From: Alphaproteobacteria bacterium
Lineage (GTDB): Bacteria > Pseudomonadota > Alphaproteobacteria > Puniceispirillales > UBA1172
Reading direction: 5' to 3'
Length of the DNA: 59,622 nt
Assembly (NCBI GenBank): GCA_018701255.1
Contig: JABIWM010000080.1
Coordinates: 1-59,622 of the forward strand
Made by a program: the position numbers and the translations under genes. Positions 1 to 9,306 of the stretch are shown in pieces. Numbering within the stretch: the first letter of the stretch is position 1; each line of letters opens with the position of its first letter. A model generated the notes under the pieces. That model had not been told where the DNA came from and did no database searches. It saw only the letters and a program-made list of their open reading frames with translations.

Positions 1-2
1 GT

Positions 3-221
3 ATTCATCACGCGCTAAATCAACTGGCGGCGGCAAAGCTGATCAACGGCTATCGTGGCCAGAGCGCTGGCAATATGGATGCAGTGGTTAATACCATCCG
101 CATCTTATCTGATCTGATGGCTGATCAGCCAGCGCTTCACATGATAGAAATCAATCCCCTGATCGTCACCGATAAGGCCGCTATTATTGCTGATGCGGTG
201 ATCCATCGGCTTACCGCATAA
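3..221 (+). CDS. 3' end of a gene entering from the left edge; its tail resembles ADP-forming acetate/acyl-CoA ligase (ATP-grasp type) family proteins (partial)
   Basis: Frame 3 is open from the window edge to TAA at 219-221 (...NGYRGQSAGNMDAVVNTIRILSDLMADQPALHMIEINPLIVTDKAAIIADAVIHRLTA*). The EINPL...DA.I ending is typical of that family. It is missing from the ORF track because it has no in-window start. Confidence 0.4.
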   Translation: MHHALNQLAAAKLINGYRGQSAGNMDAVVNTIRILSDLMADQPALHMIEINPLIVTDKAAIIADAVIHRLTA

Positions 222-1695
222 CAAACGGATTGCCAATTGGCGCATCCGAAATGTTGATCCATGCTGTTTTTGGGCGAGTGTAATCGTAAATGGCATCCAT
301 CCCGCTTTCACGGCCATAGCCGGAATCCTTATATCCGCCAAATGGTGCAATTGGCGATACCATCCGATAGGTATTGACCCAGACAATGCCGGCATGAACC
401 GATTGCGTCATCCGCATGGCACGCGCCTGATTGGTCGTAAAGATGCCTGCCGCAAGTCCGTATTTGCTATCATTTGCCAGATTTAGCACTTCTTCTTCGT
501 CATCAAACCGCATCACACTCAGCACAGGGCCAAACAGTTCCGTGTCAACAATAGTCAGTTTCTGATCCGGACAGGAAATAATTGTTGGCTCATAATACCA
601 GCCCTGATTAGGGGTGGTTGGCCGCTTACCGCCAGTCAGAATATCAGCGCCTTCGGCTTTCGCTATTTTGACCTGATTTTCAATATGATTGATCTGATCT
701 ATGGTTGCCAGTGGCCCCATCTGGGTGTCTTCTTCCAGTGGATCACCAATGCGAATCTGATTAACCTGCCCCAGCATGCGTTCGAGAAACGCATCAGCAA
801 TGCTATTATGCAGATACAGGCGTGAGCCAGCAACACAGCTCTGGCCACTTGCCCCGAAAATACCGGCAATCGACCCATTAACCGCGCTTTCGATATTGGC
901 ATCATCAAAAACGATGAATGGCGATTTGCCGCCTAGCTCAAGCGATACTTCGGCAAAGTTTTCAGCAGAATTACGCACCACATGCCGCGCCGCGCCAGTG
1001 CCGCCGGTAAAGCTGATCCGTGCTACTTTCGGATGCGAGGTCAGCACTTTGCCGCAAGGATCAGCATGGCCGGTAATAATATTGACCACGCCGGGGGGGA
1101 AACCGGCTTCTTGGATCAGTTTACCAAACTCAAGCATAGGTGCTGAGGCATGTTCGGATGCTTTCAGCACAACCGTATTACCCGCCGCCAGCGCCGGGCC
1201 AATTTTAACCGCTACCAGAAATAATTGTGAATTCCAAGGCACAACCGCCGCAACCACGCCAAGCGGTTCCCGAAACGTCATGGTCAACATGTCCGGCTTA
1301 TCAATGGGCAGAGTTTCACCATGAATTTTATCGGCGCATCCGGCATAATATTGAAAAAACTCGGCAATATATTTGGCTTGCCAGCGCGTTTCTTTTAGCA
1401 TTTTACCAGTATCAATGGTTTCTGACCGGCCTAATTCTTCTGACTTTTCTGCCAGCAATTCGGCCAGACGGCGCAAATACCGCCCACGTTCTGTTGGTGT
1501 TATTTTAGCCCATGGGCCTTGGGTAAACGCATGATGCGCGGCTTCAACGGCCTGATTAACATCGCTTTCTGTGGCTTCCGGAATATGGCACCATGGCTGT
1601 TCAGTGGTCGGATTGATGCTGGGGAATGTTTTACCGTCACTTGCGTCAACCCACGCGCCGTCAATCAGCATCTGATATGTGTTCTGATTTGCCAT
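211..1695 (-). CDS. NAD(P)-dependent aldehyde dehydrogenase
   Basis: ORF 211..1752. The ALDH catalytic motifs ELGGKSP and GQSCVAGSR are present. I moved the start to the ATG at 1695 (MANQNTYQMLIDG...), which has GGAGGA about 7 nt upstream. Confidence 0.9.
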   Translation of the reverse strand: MANQNTYQMLIDGAWVDASDGKTFPSINPTTEQPWCHIPEATESDVNQAVEAAHHAFTQGPWAKITPTERGRYLRRLAELLAEKSEELGRSETIDTGKMLKETRWQAKYIAEFFQYYAGCADKIHGETLPIDKPDMLTMTFREPLGVVAAVVPWNSQLFLVAVKIGPALAAGNTVVLKASEHASAPMLEFGKLIQEAGFPPGVVNIITGHADPCGKVLTSHPKVARISFTGGTGAARHVVRNSAENFAEVSLELGGKSPFIVFDDANIESAVNGSIAGIFGASGQSCVAGSRLYLHNSIADAFLERMLGQVNQIRIGDPLEEDTQMGPLATIDQINHIENQVKIAKAEGADILTGGKRPTTPNQGWYYEPTIISCPDQKLTIVDTELFGPVLSVMRFDDEEEVLNLANDSKYGLAAGIFTTNQARAMRMTQSVHAGIVWVNTYRMVSPIAPFGGYKDSGYGRESGMDAIYDYTRPKTAWINISDAPIGNPFVMR

Positions 1696-1855
1696 TACTG
1701 CTTCCTCCAATAACTTATATCTGGTTTCATCCATACTATGGTAGGAAGACACGAAACCCCAAGATTAATTTTTTAGCCATGTTTTGGCGAAAAAGTGAAA
1801 ACCTGTTAACCTTTCGCCAGTGACGATAGATAACAACATCCTGAATGAGGACATT

Positions 1856-2242
1856 ATGAAAACTGTCATCGGTGAGCCGTTAGTTATTGACGGACGGACA
1901 TTGTCTTTATCACGCGCCATCAGAGCAGGTGATTTTGTCTATTTGACTGGCCAGATTCCTATGCAGGATGGGGCGGTCATGACTCACGGCACAATAGAAG
2001 ACCAGACCCGTGTTGTTCTGGATGCTATCACCGAAACGCTGCATCTGGCTGATTGCGAATTACCGGATGTGGTAAAAGCGATGGTATGGTTGCGTGATCG
2101 TGCCGATTTTCCGGGATTTGATGCTGTTTATGCCGATTATTTTCCGCAAGACCCGCCCGCACGTTCCGCTGTGATTAGTGAGCTATTGGTCGATGTCCGG
2201 GTTGAGGTTGAGGTTGTTGCCTATCGGCCGCTACCGGCTTGA
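1856..2242 (+). CDS. RidA/YjgF/UK114-family enamine/imine deaminase
   Basis: ORF 1820..2242 opens with GTG. The ATG at 1856 (MKTVIGEP...) has GAGG 5 nt upstream. Size (~128 aa) and the ...GDFVYLTGQIP...ARSAV...VEVEVVA pattern are typical of RidA. Confidence 0.8.
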   Translation: MKTVIGEPLVIDGRTLSLSRAIRAGDFVYLTGQIPMQDGAVMTHGTIEDQTRVVLDAITETLHLADCELPDVVKAMVWLRDRADFPGFDAVYADYFPQDPPARSAVISELLVDVRVEVEVVAYRPLPA

Positions 2243-2254
2243 CGGTATCATAGC

Positions 2255-3064
2255 ATGACAATATTCAACTCAAATGGCACTTCAAACGGCACATATTATC
2301 AGCTGACTGGCAGTGGTAAATCGACCATTATTCTTATCCACGGGTTAGGGCTGAACCACCAGATGTGGCAACATCAGACCCCCGCGCTTGCCGCATATGG
2401 TCAGGTGCTATGTTATGATCTTTATGGGCATGGTCAATCCTCGCCGCCGCCTGAAAAACCCGGCCTGAGCATGTTTTCCCGTCAATTGGCAGAATTAATG
2501 GATGCGCTGAATATAGAGCAGGCAACGATTATGGGATTTTCGCTTGGCGGCATGATTGTTCGCCGCTTTGCCATGGATTATCCGGATAGAGCCGAAACCA
2601 TTGCTATCCTGCATTCCCCGCATCAGCGCACGCAAGCCGCCCATGATCATATTCAGAATAGAGTGTATCAGGCGCAAAAAGACGGCCCCGATGCAACGGT
2701 CGAAGACGCGCTTATCCGCTGGTTTACTGATGCCTTTCGCGCCAATGATCCACATACGCTGAATCAGATCAGACAATGGGTAAAAGCAAACGACAAAAAT
2801 ATCTATCCGGATATCTATCAGGTGCTGGTTAGCGGCGTGGATGAACTGGTCGCGCCTGAACCGCCCATATCCTGTCCGGCGCTAGTCATGACAGGTGACG
2901 AAGATTATGGCAATAATGCCGATATGAGCGCCGCCATTGCCGCCGAAATACCCAATGCCCGGCTTACCATTCTAAAAGGATTGCGGCATATGGCCATGAT
3001 GGAAGACCCCGACCGGTTTAATCAGGTACTGGTCGATTTTCTGGCCACACATCATTCTATTTAA
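2255..3064 (+). CDS. alpha/beta-fold hydrolase
   Basis: HG oxyanion motif (ILIHGLGLN) and nucleophile elbow GFSLGG. Length is 269 aa. It lies 12 nt downstream of the RidA gene, so it is probably in the same operon. Confidence 0.8.
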   Translation: MTIFNSNGTSNGTYYQLTGSGKSTIILIHGLGLNHQMWQHQTPALAAYGQVLCYDLYGHGQSSPPPEKPGLSMFSRQLAELMDALNIEQATIMGFSLGGMIVRRFAMDYPDRAETIAILHSPHQRTQAAHDHIQNRVYQAQKDGPDATVEDALIRWFTDAFRANDPHTLNQIRQWVKANDKNIYPDIYQVLVSGVDELVAPEPPISCPALVMTGDEDYGNNADMSAAIAAEIPNARLTILKGLRHMAMMEDPDRFNQVLVDFLATHHSI

Positions 3065-3108
3065 TCACCGAATCTTACAAGCCTAACAAAGGAAAAGGAG
3101 ATCACATC

Positions 3109-3711
3109 ATGGAACCACAAATCAGAAAAATTGTGACTTACAAAGAAATCATCACATCTGATGGCGGCAAAGAAGCAGAACAGCCGCTGGTGCTGTTCGG
3201 TGCCGCCGCCGTCATAAAAAACCCATGGGCAGGCCGTGGTTTTGTTGAAGATTTAATGCCGGAAATCAGAGTATTTGGCCCTAAAATGGGACAAATCCTG
3301 ACGGATCAAATGCTAGAACTTGGCGGTGGTGGCGATACTATCGAAGCGCTTGGGAAAGCATCCATGGTTGGGCTGGACGGTGAGCTGGAACATGCTTCGG
3401 CGATTATCCATACCGTTAATTATGGTAATGTTCTGCGTAAAGCTGTTGGCGGCACGGCCTATCTGGGCTTTACCAGCACAAGAGGCCCCGGCAATACCCA
3501 GCTTAATATTCCGCTTATGGATAAAAATGATACTGGCCGGCGGTCGCATTATCTGACGGTTCAGATGCATATTCATGATGCACCGGCTGATCAGGAATTG
3601 ATTGTTGCTTTTGGCGGGTCAACTGGCGGCCGTCCCCATCACCGCATTGGTGATCGGTATTCTGATCTGGCCGCGATAGGGGCTGATCTGGATAATCCGG
3701 CTGGCGTTTAA
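3109..3711 (+). CDS. 'amino acid synthesis' family protein (PF06684/DUF1185-like), paralog 1
   Basis: 200 aa with the signatures IRK...NPWAGR..EDL...GKA..G.DGELEH...IPL...RSH...GGRPHHRIG. These are shared with ORF 9307..9888. GGAGA lies upstream of the ATG. Confidence 0.6.
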   Translation: MEPQIRKIVTYKEIITSDGGKEAEQPLVLFGAAAVIKNPWAGRGFVEDLMPEIRVFGPKMGQILTDQMLELGGGGDTIEALGKASMVGLDGELEHASAIIHTVNYGNVLRKAVGGTAYLGFTSTRGPGNTQLNIPLMDKNDTGRRSHYLTVQMHIHDAPADQELIVAFGGSTGGRPHHRIGDRYSDLAAIGADLDNPAGV

Positions 3712-3731
3712 ACCGCAATATTGTAATCATT

Positions 3732-3761
3732 CAGCAGGGCGGAGAGATTTTTGCTCTGCTG
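3732..3761 (+). terminator. possible intrinsic terminator hairpin between convergent genes
   Basis: CAGCAGGGC (3732-3740) pairs with GCTCTGCTG (3753-3761) with one mismatch. ATTTTCT follows on the + strand. The U-tract is weak. Confidence 0.25.
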
Positions 3762-3791
3762 ATTTTCTGGCTCGATTAGCTTGGCTTTATT

Positions 3792-5234
3792 TTATCGGAC
3801 GGATGCGGTCAATTTAGCCAGATCAGGTAATGGCCGCATGGTTTCCGGATGCGATGCCAGCACCTGTTCAATCGCCAGACCAATGGCTAGTAATTTGCGA
3901 TCTGTCCCCGGCGCGCCTAGCAACTGAATCCCAAACGGCATGCCGTCCTGATCAACACCACATGGCACCACCAGCGAACATGCCATCACCATTGTTGGCG
4001 CATAGCTGAGCGCAAGCCATGTCATATATGTTGGCAATTTTACCTGATCAATCGTATCAATATATTTCGTTGTTTTCGCAAATGGCGCAACAGATGCCGC
4101 CGGACAGATCACAACATCCACCTCATCAAATAGCGATAACCATGCTCTGGCCAGAATTGTTTGCGTATGTGAGGCATCTGCCACATCAGCAAGCGTATAG
4201 GTCAGCGCCCTATCCACATTATCAACCACTAACGGGCTGATCACATCACGATGCGTATCGACATAATCCTTGAGGCCGGCAACATAACTAACCCCTCGCA
4301 AAATCTCAAAGCAGTCATGGATATTATCAAAAACCGGATCACGCCGCTGGCATTCTTTGAACGATGCGGCCAGATGCCCAACCCGTTGATCAAACAAGCC
4401 GCGTATCACATTCGCAACCGGTGCTACCCCCAAATCAGTGGAAATCGCAGCGGTCATCTGGCTTAAATCTGCTGGATCAAGCGATGCCGGCATATCCCCA
4501 CGCGCCGTATGTGAAAACGGATCACGCGGATCAACCGATGATTGCGCGTGTAATAACAATATGGCATCAGAAACATGTCTGGCCATAGGGCCCAGCACGG
4601 GAAATGGCGCCAGCCCAACCGCTTTATCAACATCTGGAACACAGCCGGGGCTAGGCCGGAAACCGACAATGCCGCAAAAACTGGCCGGTGTTCGTAAGCT
4701 ACCGCCAAAATCCGACCCTGACGCTAGCGGCACCATGCCCGCGGCCAGTGCGGCGGCTGACCCACCTGATGAGCCAGATGGCGTTTTATCAGTATCAAAC
4801 GGATTGGCGGATATGCCAAAAACATCATTCCATGTATTGCCGCCCGTGCCATGTTCCGGGGTGTTTGTTTTGCCAATAACAATACCGCCAGCTGATTTTA
4901 CCTTAGCCACCGACAAATCATCCTGATCAGGAATATGATCCTTGAACGGCAGAGCGCCATAGGTTGTTTTGATACCGGCAGTGGCTTCTAAATCCTTGAT
5001 GCCGACTGGTAATCCGGCTAATGCCCCGATATCTTCGTTTTTAAGACATCGGGCTTCGGCATCCCTAGCGCTATCCATAGCGCGGTCAAAATCCCGCGTG
5101 ACCATAGCATTTAACGCCGTATCAACCGCTTCAATCCGGTTGATTGATGCTTCCATTACTTCAACAGGTGAAAAATCACCTTTTTTAATACCTGCAACCA
5201 GCGCGGTTGCTGTCATATTGCAAAAATCTGTCAT
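3792..5234 (-). CDS. amidase-signature (AS) family amidase
   Basis: 480 aa with GSSGGSAAALAAG and GSDFGGSLRTPASFCG, the Ser-cisSer-Lys signature region. Confidence 0.9.
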   Translation of the reverse strand: MTDFCNMTATALVAGIKKGDFSPVEVMEASINRIEAVDTALNAMVTRDFDRAMDSARDAEARCLKNEDIGALAGLPVGIKDLEATAGIKTTYGALPFKDHIPDQDDLSVAKVKSAGGIVIGKTNTPEHGTGGNTWNDVFGISANPFDTDKTPSGSSGGSAAALAAGMVPLASGSDFGGSLRTPASFCGIVGFRPSPGCVPDVDKAVGLAPFPVLGPMARHVSDAILLLHAQSSVDPRDPFSHTARGDMPASLDPADLSQMTAAISTDLGVAPVANVIRGLFDQRVGHLAASFKECQRRDPVFDNIHDCFEILRGVSYVAGLKDYVDTHRDVISPLVVDNVDRALTYTLADVADASHTQTILARAWLSLFDEVDVVICPAASVAPFAKTTKYIDTIDQVKLPTYMTWLALSYAPTMVMACSLVVPCGVDQDGMPFGIQLLGAPGTDRKLLAIGLAIEQVLASHPETMRPLPDLAKLTASVR

Positions 5235-5317
5235 GTTGTTGTTCGTAACTGTTATTTCATCAGCGGTATTCTAGGCATAATCATCCGGTAAAGTATAGCC
5301 TCAGCTATCATTAACAC

Positions 5318-6076
5318 TTATCCGAAACGCAACCATTGCGCCAGCTCACGGCTAACCAGCACCAGACCGGATATCAGGATAAGCCAGATAATGATCTGTA
5401 AAAATTGCTTATCATTGACGCGCCGGTAAAGCATGATCCCCAGCCTTGCCCCCAGCACGGTAAATGGCAAGGCCAGCAATGCCATAAACAGAACATGCAT
5501 CGTCATCATGCCCTGTATCAAAAACACAATCAGCACACATCCCAGAATGATCATATTAAATGGTTGCAGTACCGCACGGCGTTCTGCTTTTGCCCAGTCA
5601 TGCAACGTTACCCACATAGTCGGTATGGCCCCGGACAGACCGGCCAGCCCGCCAAGTATGCCGCCAATGCCGCCGATACAGATATCTATCCGCCAATAAG
5701 TTGCGGTGATGTTTGGCATGCGGCGGCGCAAAATGGAATAGCCGCCAAATAAGATCAACAAACAGCCAACAATAATTTTCAGAATAAGCACATTAACCAG
5801 CGCTAATGAGGCCATGCCAAATGGCAAGCCGATTAATGCCGGCACAACATATCGGGCTAAACGCGCCGGTTGAATGGAATGGCTGATTTCACGTAATCCA
5901 TAAATGCCGCTAACCAATGACATGATGACCACCATCGTCACCGCTTCTTCGGGCGGCAGAATAGCCAGCCACCAGCCTAAAGCAAATAACGCCGTCCCGA
6001 AACCGGCCAGTCCATTAATAAACCCACCAGCCAGCGCACCAGTTGCCAGCATGATGGATGCGTATAAAGACATCAA
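5318..6076 (-). CDS. TSUP (TauE/SafE) family anion-exporter-like membrane protein
   Basis: 252 aa, about 7-8 hydrophobic helices, Gly-rich repeats (GGFINGLAGFG ... GGILGGLAGLSG) characteristic of TauE/SafE proteins. Confidence 0.75.
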   Translation of the reverse strand: MMSLYASIMLATGALAGGFINGLAGFGTALFALGWWLAILPPEEAVTMVVIMSLVSGIYGLREISHSIQPARLARYVVPALIGLPFGMASLALVNVLILKIIVGCLLILFGGYSILRRRMPNITATYWRIDICIGGIGGILGGLAGLSGAIPTMWVTLHDWAKAERRAVLQPFNMIILGCVLIVFLIQGMMTMHVLFMALLALPFTVLGARLGIMLYRRVNDKQFLQIIIWLILISGLVLVSRELAQWLRFG

Positions 6077-6135
6077 AACTCTCTAATCATTCTGACCTTA
6101 TCCAATGGCACCACCGGCATGGAATAAGGATATGT

Positions 6136-6621
6136 TTACTCTTGAATAACCGTGGCTTCGGCGGCAATCATCATATCGCCAACAGCAAGCGCTTCATGAC
6201 TATTGGCATTCAGCGTCACGCGGATCACATGTTCCCCCGGCGTTAAGCCGCCCAGATGCGCCCATTCCCCATAAAGTCTGGATATTTTAACACCATCAAC
6301 ATACAAATGGGCATGGCCGTAACCGGCTTTATGCGCGGCACCGGATTGATCAGCGGCAAAGCTGAAATGCTCTGTTTGCAAATGCAGATTCCATCCGGAT
6401 AATGTGTCTTTCATCACCATCAATTTAACCGCTGGCGGATTAGCCATATCCGACAGATCAATCATCTGGCTATGCATTGCTGCATGCTGTTTATCGGTAT
6501 CATGGTGATCAGTCGCGTGATCATGACCATCAAGCGTAATGCCATTACCGGCGGCTATTAGAAACCCGACCATTGCCCCAAAAATCCCACCAATAACCAG
6601 TAAAGATAAAGCCCGCATCAT
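6136..6621 (-). CDS. membrane-anchored His-rich periplasmic protein of unknown function (DUF4399-like?)
   Basis: 161 aa. N-terminal TM anchor, then a His/Asp-rich tract (DGHDHATDHHDTDKQHAAMH), then GYGHAHLYVDG...LTPGEHVIRVTLNANSH, which recalls DUF4399-type periplasmic domains. It is first in an apparent operon with the TSUP and amidase genes. Confidence 0.5.
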   Translation of the reverse strand: MMRALSLLVIGGIFGAMVGFLIAAGNGITLDGHDHATDHHDTDKQHAAMHSQMIDLSDMANPPAVKLMVMKDTLSGWNLHLQTEHFSFAADQSGAAHKAGYGHAHLYVDGVKISRLYGEWAHLGGLTPGEHVIRVTLNANSHEALAVGDMMIAAEATVIQE

Positions 6622-6750
6622 ATCCCCCTCAATTTATCTCGTTTTCTGACGTGATCTTATTATAACTTTCTATTATTGTTAACTACTGATACCTGTGCTG
6701 AGTTAATAATTCATATCTTTTGGTGACAGGGCATCATACCGGAGAAACAC

Positions 6751-7740
6751 ATGCGGGCATTATCTGATGACCGAATACTGGATTTGGCGGTCGAATGGCA
6801 TCAATCAGGGCGTGATCTGGCTATCGCTATTGTTATTCAGACATGGGGATCATCCCCCCGGCCAGCCGGTAGCGTAATGATTATCCGTGATGACGGCCAC
6901 ATAGAAGGTTCAGTATCCGGCGGCTGTGTCGAAAGCGCCGTGATGCAGGCCGCTAATGACGTTATGATTAACGCCACTGCAACACAGCTTAATTTTGATG
7001 TCGCGGACGAAGACGCATGGCAAGTCGGGTTATCTTGTGGCGGCGCCATATCGGTTTGGATATGCGCCAGCACCGCCAAGACCAATCATATGGCTGATTT
7101 GTTTGTCTATATCAAAACGCAATTTGCTCAACGGCAAGCGGCGGTGATTGACTGTCATATCGACCAGCACATGATGACCATTGCCGGGACAGATCAGCCT
7201 GCCAACACACTATCCGGTGATGGCACATGTTTTCGTCTATCCGTTGACCCCCAGCCCCGGCTTTATATTATTGGTGCCGTGCATATTAGCCAGCATCTGG
7301 CACCAATGGCGATGGCGGCAGGGTTTGATGTCAGCGTCATTGACCCCCGCACCAGTTTTATAAATGAAGCCCGTTTTCCGGATACAACGCTGATCAAAGA
7401 CTGGCCAGATGATATTCTTGATGCGGCGGCACTAGATCATATGTCAGCTGTCGTAACGCTAACTCATGATCCGAAACTGGATGATGCTGCCTTGCGGATA
7501 GCGTTGCACCGCCCAGTATTCTATATCGCCAGTCTGGGCAGTCGCCGCACTCATGCCAAACGGTGCGACCGGTTAAAACAGGATGGCTTTACCGATGATC
7601 AACTGGCGCGGATAAGCGCACCAGCAGGATGTGATATCAAGGCCAGAACACCAGCGGAAATTGCTGTATCCATTCTGGCTGAGCTGATCGCGATACGCCG
7701 TGGGGCTGTGTCTGTATCTGCTGGTATGATGGGTGATTAA
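6751..7740 (+). CDS. xdhC: XdhC/CoxI-family molybdenum-cofactor insertion chaperone
   Basis: 329 aa with the typical N-terminal XdhC_CoxI region (...GSSPRPAGSVMIIRDDGHIEGSVSGGCVE...) and a C-terminal Rossmann-like XdhC_C region (RLYIIGAVHISQ...). Confidence 0.8.
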   Translation: MRALSDDRILDLAVEWHQSGRDLAIAIVIQTWGSSPRPAGSVMIIRDDGHIEGSVSGGCVESAVMQAANDVMINATATQLNFDVADEDAWQVGLSCGGAISVWICASTAKTNHMADLFVYIKTQFAQRQAAVIDCHIDQHMMTIAGTDQPANTLSGDGTCFRLSVDPQPRLYIIGAVHISQHLAPMAMAAGFDVSVIDPRTSFINEARFPDTTLIKDWPDDILDAAALDHMSAVVTLTHDPKLDDAALRIALHRPVFYIASLGSRRTHAKRCDRLKQDGFTDDQLARISAPAGCDIKARTPAEIAVSILAELIAIRRGAVSVSAGMMGD

Positions 7741-8383
7741 GGACATGCGTAATATTGGCGGAATCCTGTTGGCGGCCGGACAATCAACCCGCATGGGACG
7801 CAAAAACAAACTTCTTATGCCCGTGGATCACACATCCGAGCCCATGATCCGGATAGCGGCAAAAACCATGCTGGACAGCCAGCTGGATCAGTCCATGATT
7901 ATTCTGGGGCATGAAGCCGGATACCTTGCCGATGCGATATCGGATTTACCCATAGCACAACATGTTAATCCGAATTATGCCAAGGGCATGAGCCAGTCTA
8001 TTTGTCATGGGCTAGACCGGATCGGTGATCATGTCACCGATGTCATGATCCTGCTTGCCGATATGCCCAATATCACGGCGCAAATGATCAATGCGCTTTA
8101 TCAGCATCACATATCTGCCGCCAACCCTGACCATTCCATCACCTTACCGGTGATAAAATCAAAAACCCGGCAACCGCGCCCTGCTAATCCGGTGATATGG
8201 GGGAAGTCCTTTTTGCCGCTTTTGCGCCAGATCACAGGCGATAAAGGCGGCAGGGATATCATTACATCACATCCGCATGCCGTTAATCCGCTTGCTATAA
8301 ATGATGACAGATGCTTTCTTGATGCAGATACTATTGATGATCTGGCCATTATTTCTGATAGCCGCCAAACAAGAAGAATGTGA
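7733..8383 (+). CDS. MobA-like NTP transferase, probably molybdenum cofactor cytidylyltransferase (MocA-like)
   Basis: GGILLAAGQSTRMGRKNKLL nucleotide-binding N-terminus. The start is either GTG at 7733 (overlapping xdhC by 8 nt) or ATG at 7745. Confidence 0.7.
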   Translation: MIKDMRNIGGILLAAGQSTRMGRKNKLLMPVDHTSEPMIRIAAKTMLDSQLDQSMIILGHEAGYLADAISDLPIAQHVNPNYAKGMSQSICHGLDRIGDHVTDVMILLADMPNITAQMINALYQHHISAANPDHSITLPVIKSKTRQPRPANPVIWGKSFLPLLRQITGDKGGRDIITSHPHAVNPLAINDDRCFLDADTIDDLAIISDSRQTRRM

Positions 8384-8404
8384 TAAAATAATGACTTGAG
8401 CTTT

Positions 8405-8432
8405 ATTATTTGTTCGTATACAAACAAATAAT
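8405..8432. promoter_or_regulatory. 28-bp near-perfect palindrome upstream of fpr (operator candidate)
   Basis: ATTATTTGTTCGTA|TACAAACAAATAAT, with 13 of 14 positions pairing. It sits 60-87 nt upstream of the fpr ATG. It contains TTCGTATACAAACAAA, which is related to the motif at 15925, 21192 and 22776. Confidence 0.5.
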
Positions 8433-8491
8433 GTGGCTTCATATGACCAGATAGGCCAACCCTAAACCCATTCAGCACCTGCGAGAGTATT

Positions 8492-9271
8492 ATGAGCTTT
8501 ACCTGTCCTGATTCTGCTTTTTCAGAAACCGTTACCGAAGTTGAACATTATACAGACCGGCTGTTCCGGTTTCGGCTGACCCGTCCGGCCAGCTTTCGCT
8601 TCCGGTCGGGGGAGTTTGTGATGATCGGACTGCCCGGCGAAAAACCGGTATGGCGCGCTTATTCCATTGCTAGCCCATCATGGGATGAAACGATTGAGTT
8701 TTATTCAATTAAAGTCCCCGGCGGGCCGTTAACCGAACATCTGCAAAATATCAAGATTGGCGATAATGTCTGGTTCCGCAAAAAACCAACAGGCACTTTG
8801 GTGCTTGATGCGCTTCTGCCCGGTAAGCGGCTATGGATGATATCCACCGGCACCGGGTTTGCGCCATTCGCTTCGCTTATTCGTGATCCCGAAGCATATG
8901 AAAAATTCGAATCCCTGATCGTGACCCATACCTGTCGTGAGGCCGCTGAGTTGAGCTATTCTATCAATACCGTTGCTGCAACGAAAGCTGATCCGCTGGT
9001 TGGTGAGCTGGCTGACCGGCTTCACCTAGTAGCCACTACCACGCGCGAAGACACGTCATTCATGGGACGCATTACCGATTTAATGGAAAACGGTAAATTA
9101 TATACGCATCTGGGGGTGCCGCCGCTTGATCCCGAGCATGATCGCGTCATGATCTGTGGATCAATGGCCATGCTGAAAGACGTTAAAGCCATACTGGACA
9201 ATGCGAATTTCACCGAAGGTTCAAACAGTATGCCCGGTCAATATGTGGTTGAACGGGCATTTGTTGATTAA
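8492..9271 (+). CDS. fpr: ferredoxin/flavodoxin-NADP+ reductase
   Basis: 259 aa with the FAD motif RAYSIAS and the NADP motif GTGFAPF. The C-terminal ...YVVERAFVD ending is typical of bacterial Fpr. Confidence 0.85.
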   Translation: MSFTCPDSAFSETVTEVEHYTDRLFRFRLTRPASFRFRSGEFVMIGLPGEKPVWRAYSIASPSWDETIEFYSIKVPGGPLTEHLQNIKIGDNVWFRKKPTGTLVLDALLPGKRLWMISTGTGFAPFASLIRDPEAYEKFESLIVTHTCREAAELSYSINTVAATKADPLVGELADRLHLVATTTREDTSFMGRITDLMENGKLYTHLGVPPLDPEHDRVMICGSMAMLKDVKAILDNANFTEGSNSMPGQYVVERAFVD

Positions 9272-9306
9272 GCCAGCAACATGCCAACATGCGGCATCAT
9301 AGCAAT

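Noticed and set aside
105-395. 96-aa - strand ORF overlapping the 3' end of the aldehyde dehydrogenase gene in another frame.
   Set aside because: It is out of frame with and embedded in two better-supported convergent genes, and has no motifs.
776-1324. 182-aa + strand ORF antisense to the aldehyde dehydrogenase gene. Similar long antisense ORFs are at 4438-4926, 12251-12667, 15140-15601, 17024-17581, 21672-22232, 46842-47252 and 48481-48975.
   Set aside because: Each lies wholly inside a strongly supported gene on the other strand. Their compositions are low-complexity and rich in Pro, Ser, Arg and Ala, they carry no recognisable motifs, and they have no RBS context. They are typical shadow ORFs.
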